Shown here in pieces: positions 55,796-64,000 of a stretch of DNA of 64,000 bases. Within the stretch, counting starts at the first letter, position 1. The number at the start of each line of letters is the position of its first letter. The position numbers were made by a program, and so were the translations under genes. Under the pieces are notes generated by a model. That model did not search any database. It was not told the DNA's origin and saw only the letters and a list, made by a program, of their open reading frames with translations. The stretch covers positions 80,104,001 to 80,168,000 of the forward strand of contig OZ024747.1 of the NCBI GenBank assembly GCA_964016885.1, written 5' to 3'. The stretch comes from Eledone cirrhosa (lineage: Eukaryota).

Positions 55796-58700
55796 ATGGC
55801 TGTCTTAAGAGTAGGTTGTCTAAATGCGCGTGGCCTGGGCTCACCTTGGAAGCAAGCTAAACTTCTAAGTGACCTCAGGTCACAATGTGTAAATGTGATG
55901 GTTATTTGCGAGGCCCGGATCAGCAGCATGCGACAGCTAACCCCCACCTTTGATGACTTTGAGATGCACGCATCTCTCTGTCAGCCCGGAGGTGGGGGTG
56001 GGGTTGTCGTTCTGCTGCAAAAACATCTGGGTCTCGCTACACAGACGGTACACTTGGACCCGGAGGGTCGACTCGTAGTTCTGGACCTTGGCAATGGCGA
56101 AGGCGAAGCTTTTAGGCTTGTCGCCGTATACGCCCCTTTTGGGGCAATGCGGTCGGACTTCTTCCATCGTCTGGAGACTTTTCTAGGGACGTCCCGCTCC
56201 TTGCTTTTAGTGGGGGACTGGAATGGTATCCTAGATGCACGTTGGGACTATGTAGGGGCATGTCCCGATAGAGGGGGGTGTAACAGCCTTAAGGGGTTAA
56301 TCGGCCGATTCGACCTGGCCGATAGATACCGACTAGATTTTCCGACTGTACCAACCTGGACCTGGTCAAATAACAGTGGTCAATCTAGATCGTACCTAGA
56401 TAGGTTCTTAGTTAGAATTAAGGATAGGGACTTTTTAAGTTGTCCAGAAATGCTCATGGTGGGCTATTCAGACCACAAGTTAGTGACCTGCGTAGTCCAC
56501 CTTGATAGAACGCATAGGCAGGGGCCCGGTTACTGGAAGCACAACTTGTCCTTACCGGCAAGTAGAGCTTACAGGGACCGGATTAGAACCTTAGTTAAGG
56601 AGCAGTTGACGGGCGCCATCGTCAACAACAGGTGGTGGGGCTCTCTAAAAAGAGAGATTAGAGTAGTTTCAATAGGAGTTAGTAAGGAGTTAGCCTCAGA
56701 TAGAAATAGGAAGGAAAGGGAGTTGGTAGTTAATGTTGAAGAGGCAATGAGAAGCGGCAACGTGGCCAGAGTGCAAGCGTCGAGAACGGTCTTGAACCAG
56801 TTCTTCGACGCGAAACACGAAGGCTGCGTTGTCCGAAGCAAAATACGTGCTCTGGGAAACGAGGGGACCAAAGCTGTTAGCTGGGCCCGCGTGACAGAAG
56901 CGAAAAGTGGGATTAAATCCACTATCCGGTCTTTGCGAGACCAGGATGGACGGCTGATCCTTGAACCTAAGCAAATGTGCGAGGCCTTTCAAAGGCACTT
57001 TGCCCAATTGTTCGGGAGGGGCGGGGAGCCGGTTGGAGGTGTGGATTTCGGTCCATACCTCGACGGCCTGCCGCGTCTTTCGGACAGGGAGGCGAGGTCC
57101 TGCGACGGGCCGATCTCAGCTGCTGAAATAGGGGACGTGCTGAGCCTATGCGGCAAACGCAAATCTCCAGGATTCGATGGTCTGCCCTACGAACTATATA
57201 TTAATATGCCGGACTTGTTCCCCGATCTCCTCGAGGCGGTCTACTGCAACTGGCAACAGAACGGGAGAATTCCCTGTTCTGTGACCAAGGGCGTAGTCTC
57301 GCTAGTGAGGAAGGACGAGAACAAGGGGGATGACATTAGTAATTTTAGGCCCATAACTCTGCTAAATGCAGAGTTAAAGATTTTGGCGAAGGTGTTAGCG
57401 AAGAGGTTGGCGCTTGTCGTGGGGGGCCTGGTGGGAGATGCGCAGACATGCGCTATCCCGTCCAGGTCCATCCACGACAACCTCCACCTCATGCGATACA
57501 TCATAGAGAGGGTTGGGAACGAACCCGGCTTTGGTGGGGCCCTGATAAATTTAGATCAGTCTAAAGCGTTCGATAGGGTGGACCATGGTTACCTGGATGC
57601 GGTGCTAGCGGCGGCTGGGTTCGGACCCGTTTTCAGGGGCTGGATCACTGCCATGCACAGCAGCCGCATCTGCTCTAGGGTCAAGGTGAACAGCTACCTT
57701 TCGGAGCCGTTCGAAATCACCCGCTCCATCCGACAGGGGTGCCCTCTCTCCTCCCTTCTGTATGTGTTGACTCTCGAGCCATTACTGCGGAAGTTGGAGT
57801 TGTTGCAGGGCATCCCTTTGGAACCGGGATTGCGCAAAGCGGTGTCGGCCTACGCCGATGACGTAACAGTAATGGTGTCGACCGCCTCGGAAATCGAGGC
57901 AATCGGCACCTTACTAGAGGAGTACGAAAGGTTGACAGGGGCTAAGCTGAACCGGGACAAGTCAGTCGCTTTGCAACTCGGCGAGTGGAGGGGCAAAGCG
58001 ATGTCGTGCGACGGTATCGTCGGACGGTGGACGGAGGGCCCGGTGAAGTTGCTTGGGGTCTGGTTCGGACTGGACCTCCAGGTGGAGAAAAACTGGGGTG
58101 AGGTGACGAATAGGGTGTTTGCACTGACCCAGAAGTGGGCCGAGTGCAAACTATGCCTAAAAGGTCGGGCGGAGGTGGCGAACGCTTACATAGCGTCCGT
58201 CATCTATTACCGCTTGACTGTCGTGCCTTGCCCGGTGAGATCCTCACCAAAATGGAGCGCGCCCTCTTTTATTTCCTTTGGAAGAAGAGGTCTCCTCTAG
58301 TGAGGAGAACCATCTGCTGTCAACACCCTTTGAAAGGAGGGCTGGGGATGCCGTGGCTAAAAATGCGTAAACACGCATTGAGGCTAAGGCACCTCCACGT
58401 ATTCCTCACCGGTCAACCGGTGTGGGCCCCGTTTGTGAGGCGAGCCTTCCCGAGGCTCGTCTCGCTCACCGAGCTGCAGTCCTGGGTGAAGCAAAGACCG
58501 AGAAAACTGGGCGACTGGCACACCGAGTGTGCCCAGGCGCTCACGGCTCTCTGGCAGGCGGACCCGGCTATCGACGGAGACTCCACCTCGTCATTCTATA
58601 GAGGGCTGGTGGTTAGCGGGTGCGACGACGCCCTCGGAGAAGCCCTAGGCATGGAGGAGGACGAACTGGCCAGTCTATTCGGTAGGACTTTCGGCCCGGG

Positions 58701-59232
58701 ACCTATGGACAACTTCCAGAAGTCCTTGGCCTGGCAGTGCTACCGAGGGGCTCTGCCCGTTCGGGATAAGCTCTACAGACACGGGCGCCCGGGTAGGGAC
58801 CCCTCGAAAAAGATCTGTCCCAGATGCGTGCGCGACGAGGAAACCGTCGCGCACGCATTGGTGCACTGCCCGGGCGTTGCCGATCTGTGGGGCTATGTCG
58901 AACGACTGCTGTCACGGGTGGGACCAATTAGGTTGACCACCGAGTCCATTGTAACGATCAAGCCGCCTCCCCCCTTCAAAAATGAAGGAGAGGCGGTCTT
59001 CCTCTGTGTAATAGCCATGGTAAAAGAGGTTATATGGTGGACGCGTCTGAAAGGGCTGAGGTCGGACACCTTTCTCTCCGGCCAACAACTGGTCCTTTTT
59101 TTCCGATACCATTTCGGAAGAAGGATCAGGATGGAGAGAGAGGTGCTCCACTCCAGCCAGTTTTATGAAAGGTGGGTGAAAGTTGCGAGAATGGCCCGTG
59201 TGAATGGGCCTTCTCTCTACCTCAGCCTGTAG
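55796..59232 (+). pseudogene. Tx1 ORF2: APE endonuclease, reverse transcriptase and C-terminal CCHC; one frameshift
   Basis: LNARGL, VYAP, GDWN, YLDRF, SDH (APE); KSPGFDG, FRPITLLN, LDQSKAFDRV, RQGCPLS, YADD (RT); frameshift near 58235; CPRC...HALVHC. Confidence 0.93.
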
Positions 59233-59835
59233 GTGGAACAGAAAGAGGGGAGCACCCTCTCTTTGTGCTCCCGTGGAGAAGGGTCGCACACTTTTTTCGG
59301 GGGTGTGTGTGACCCCAAAACGATCCCTCCCTATTGAGGACCTTCTTGTTATTATTTTGTTTGTTATATTTTTCTTACTCGATTTTTATGTAAACTCCCC
59401 CCACCCATGTACATGTCCCTTTCTTTTGTGCCCTAGTGGCAAATAAACAGAAATTTGTCTGTTGTCTGTCTGCCTGTCTGTCTGTCTGTCTGTCTGTCTC
59501 TCTGTCTGCCTGACTGTCTGCCTGTCTGTCTGCCTGTCTGTCTGTTTGTCTGTCTGTCTCTCTGTATCTATGTATGTATGTATGTATGTATGTTATGTAT
59601 GTATGTATGTATGTTATGTATGTATGTATGTATGTATGTATGTCTGTCTGTGCATGTATGTGTATAATTATGTGTATATATATGTATATGTGTACATATG
59701 TATGTATGTGTATATGTGTAGGCATGCGTGTTTGCGTGTACATATGTATGTAGGCATGATAGTATGTGAACGTGTGTTTGTGTGCGTATATGAGTGCATG
59801 TAGGTATATATGTATGTATGTAAATATACATGCAT

Positions 59836-59883
<48 letters not shown>

Positions 59884-60014
59884 TAGTTTGGTCATTGATC
59901 TGCGATTGGTGAACGGAAATTTCCGAAAATCATCAGTTGATTTGAAATGTGATTTTAATTAATTACTTTGAGTGGAGTGAAAGTTCTTAATTAGGCGAGA
60001 GTTTGTAATTAATG

Positions 60015-60078
<64 letters not shown>

Positions 60079-60138
60079 CGTGTGTATGTGCGTCTGGTAT
60101 CACATTTTCTTAATGAGCTAGGACATTTGTGAATTAGA

Positions 60139-60252
<114 letters not shown>

Positions 60253-60279
60253 GTATATATCTATATATATGTATATATA

Positions 60280-60585
<306 letters not shown>

Positions 60586-60709
60586 CATATATATAGATAT
60601 ATACATATATATATACATATATATATATTTTATATATATATATAAAATATATATATATGTATATATATATATGTATATATATGTATATATCTATATATAT
60701 GTATATATG

Positions 60710-60757
<48 letters not shown>

Positions 60758-61102
60758 GTGTGTGTGTGAGTGTATGTATCTATGTGTGATTAATTTCTTA
60801 CTATTTTTATCATTTATGTAAATTAAACCTTTTCACAACGGAACCATACGTTGATGAAAGTATAAAAAGTTATTTTATTTACGTTTCTACATATGTATCT
60901 ATGATGTATACATATACATACATATATGTAAGCATACATGCATACATGCATACATACATACATACGTATAAACATATATACATACATACATTCATACATA
61001 CATACGTACATACATACGTACATACATATATACATACATACATTCATACATACATACATTCATACATACATACATACATACAAACGTACATATATACATA
61101 CA

Positions 61103-61399
61103 TGGTGGCTGCCAACTCGTTTTCGAGTACGCCCACTACTTTATATCCATGTAGAAGAACCCCTACCGATGCGCTGAACGAGTGTGACTTTTTAGTCCAG
61201 CCAGCGACTTGAAAACTCTGGTACAAACACTACACTTGCGACAATTATTGACACATAGTGCTGGGCCCATGGTATCATGTGACGACAAGTGCAGAGAGAT
61301 CTCCAGATATAAAGCAATGCCTGTGCCGTGAAGCTTTTATAGTGAGCAAAGGCACTGCACAAAGCCAAGTCCCACTCTCTTAACCAAGATGATATTTAC
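61103..61399 (-). mobile_element. Family T element, truncated
   Basis: Fixed end retained; (TACA)n flanks. Confidence 0.9.
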
Positions 61400-61489
61400 T
61401 TCATACATACATACATACATACATACATACATACGTACATATATATACATACATACATTCATACATACGTACATACATACATATATACA

Positions 61490-62083
61490 TGGTGGCTGCC
61501 AACTCGTTTTCGAGTACGGCCACTACTTTATATCCATGTAGGAGAACGCCTACCGTTGCGCTGAACGAGTGTGACTTTTTAGTCCAGCCAGCGACTTGAA
61601 AACTCTGGTACAAACACCACAGTTGTGACAATTATTGACACATAGTGCTGGGCCCATGGTACCATGTGACGACAAGTGCAGAGAGATCTCCAGATATAAA
61701 GCAATGCCTGTGCCGTGAAGCTTTTTTTAGTGCACAAAGCCAAGTCCCACTCTCTTAACCAAGATGATATTTACCAAAAAGAAGAACAAGTCAACATCAT
61801 TGGATACCATCAGGGTTGCAGGTGTTATATCAGAGGTTTCCTTCTAGAATTCTGCCTTGACAAAGGCTAAGAGGTCATCTCTCCCGGTGAATTTAGATGG
61901 CCATTGACTCTTAAGAGCTCCTTTGCCCTTTGACAGGTTTTGTTTTTATTCCTGCAGGATGTCTAAAGTCACCCTCCTCACCAAGAAACCTTGGTGGGGT
62001 TGCCAGTTTAGTCGCCAACGACCCGACCATGGGACAGGTTGTACTGGGATACATGTTACCAGTAGTACCAACTGGTGACCTGA
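61490..62083 (-). mobile_element. Family T element, apparently full length
   Basis: Ends at GGTGACCTGA; small internal deletions. Confidence 0.9.
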
Positions 62084-62167
62084 TATATATACATACATAC
62101 ATACATTCATACGTACATACATACATAATACATACATACATACATATATACATACATACATACATAC

Positions 62168-62620
62168 GAAAATACAAACTGCCACCAAATTAAAGCACAA
62201 CCGGCCTGATATTGTTGGTTGGGACCACACATTGAAAACGTGTTCTGTTGTGGAGATCAGCTGCCCACTTGATGTAAACGTTGTCAGAAAAATACAGGAG
62301 AAGGAGGACATCTACGGACCATTGATGAGGAGTTTACAAATCCAGTATCCAAGATACACCTTTAGCTTCATACCCATCATTATTGGAGCTACGGGTTATA
62401 TACCAACCCGCTTGGACCAAAGTATTACTGAACTTGGATTTGCGGACAAAGAGCGCAGCTCCCTAATTCATAGTCTACAAATGGCTGCGATAGCTGGCAC
62501 TTTCATAATTTGCAAAACATTCTTGCGATTCAAGGGATGACAATTTCTTTTCTTTTACAACCTTGCCACCAGGAAGGTGGCCGGTCAAAAAATATACTCG
62601 AAATTAAGAGAAAGAGATAA
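62168..62620 (+). mobile_element. 3' fragment of the R4/Dong-like element
   Basis: Near-identical to 44672-45128; intact C-terminus ...CKTFLRFKG*; (TACA)n flanks. Confidence 0.92.
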
Positions 62621-62634
62621 TATACATACATACA

Positions 62635-63092
62635 TGGTGGCTGCCAACTCGTTTTCGAGTACGGCCACTACTTTATATCCATGTAGGAGAACCCCTACCG
62701 ATGCGCTGAACGAGTGTGACTTTTTAATCCAGCCAGCGACTTGAAAACTCTGGTACAAACACTACACTTATGACAATTATTGACACATAGTGCTGGGCCC
62801 ATGGTACCATGTGACGACAAGTGCAGAGAGATCTGCAGATATAAAGCAATGCCTGTGCCGTGAAGCTTTTATAGTGAGCAAAGGCACTGCACAAAGCCAG
62901 TCCCATTCTCTTAACCAAGATGATATTTACCAAAAAGAAGAACAAGTCAACATCATTGGATACCATCAGGGCTGCAGGTGTTATATCAGAGTTTTCCTTC
63001 TCCTAGAATTCTGCCTTGACAAAGGCTAAGGGGTCATCTCTCCCGGTGATTTTGGATGGCCATTGACTCTTAAGAGCTCCTTTGCCCTTTGA
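62635..63092 (-). mobile_element. Family T element, truncated
   Basis: Fixed end retained; (TACA)n flanks. Confidence 0.9.
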
Positions 63093-63594
63093 TACATACA
63101 TACATACATACATACATTTGAAGGGGGTTTCTCTAGATGGTCACTGAACCTGTTAGAAATACAGTCTGTTCGTGTATATCATATTCTACCCTGTTGCTAA
63201 CCACAGGGGTGGGTATTGTGAACTACATTGGGGTGTGGCAGTTGTATTCCTTGTGTCATGTGGTGTATATATCAAACACAGTATTTCTGTATAGTGAGAA
63301 TATTAATAAATGTTGCTTTACATTTGTCAGGATATGGTAGATGGGAGTGTTCTCTTGGTAGCAAAGTAATAGTTTCTGGTGTGTTGTATATGTACTTGGG
63401 TGTATGAAGATGAATTATCGCATAATAACAAGTACCTTTGGATCTTGTGGTAAAAATCCAGGCTGGCTGGCAGGTCTGCAGTACCTATGAATTCATTTTC
63501 TCGTAAAGGAATAACAACACAGTCGATATGAAGAAGCCCGTCGAGTGTAGTGTGACAGTAACTCAAAGTCTAGCCTTGTTATATATTCTGTCAC

Positions 63595-63810
63595 CAGACC
63601 TGTCAACTCTTCTCGTCCAACGGGGAGATCTCCCACCCACTTTGGGTTGGGTGAGAGATGTTTTCTCTTGTGAAAATGGGTTATAGCTTTCATTATTTAA
63701 AAAGTAGAAACAATTATTTAAATCTCCCCATTTGCCTCATTTCTCCCCGTTTTGGGGCACTCTTTTTTCATGGTACTCCCTGTTTGGGTTTTTAAAGGTT
63801 GGTAGGTTTG
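63595..63810. mobile_element. MITE, CAGACCTG family, carrying a micro-SINE insertion
   Basis: Homologous to 27757-27948; shares ~75 bp of flank with the 31684 copy. Confidence 0.75.
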
Positions 63811-64000
63811 ACAATCTGTATTTTCATACGGTCGTATGATCTTTCAACAGAAGTATTTTATTTCCTTGTATGTCTGGTTATTTGATGTAGCCTGAGGTCT
63901 GTGCAACTTGTGATTATGTTAAGTAAATTACCTATATGTTTATTTTAATTTGTATTTGTTGTTATCTGTTGTTGAAACATTGGCTTCTCAGGCAGGATTA

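Larger units (their letters stand above)
53829..59455 (+). mobile_element. Near full-length Tx1/L1-clade non-LTR retrotransposon in (TCTG)n
   Basis: ORF1, ORF2 and a 3' UTR with AATAAA; 25-bp TSD 53804-53828 / 59456-59480 (1 mismatch) that includes the same repeat interruption. Confidence 0.93.

Overview
This is a repeat-dense, AT-rich eukaryotic intergenic or intronic window. It is probably from an octopod cephalopod, inferred from the SINE families and the extreme microsatellite load. No host gene is confidently identifiable; there is one candidate 165-bp exon. Most short ORFs are microsatellite artefacts. The real coding material is retrotransposon-derived: a near full-length Tx1/L1-clade element (53829-59455) plus two 3' fragments, a 5'-truncated R4/Dong-like RT+RLE element (42658-45128) plus two fragments, and decayed CRE-like and RTE fragments. 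Non-coding repeats include tRNA-derived SINEs, MITEs, a 32-bp satellite, a 13-bp minisatellite and seven copies of a ~610-bp (TACA)n-embedded element. The most striking signal is a set of sequence-unrelated small elements in or near (TA)n tracts. They carry type-I hammerhead ribozyme folds, like Penelope pseudo-LTRs or retrozymes, often as foldback palindromes or as a 1312-bp direct-repeat unit. They also share a covarying RCUC-stem-UY-bulge-GAGY hairpin near their 3' ends. All folds were paired by eye and none is experimentally tested.
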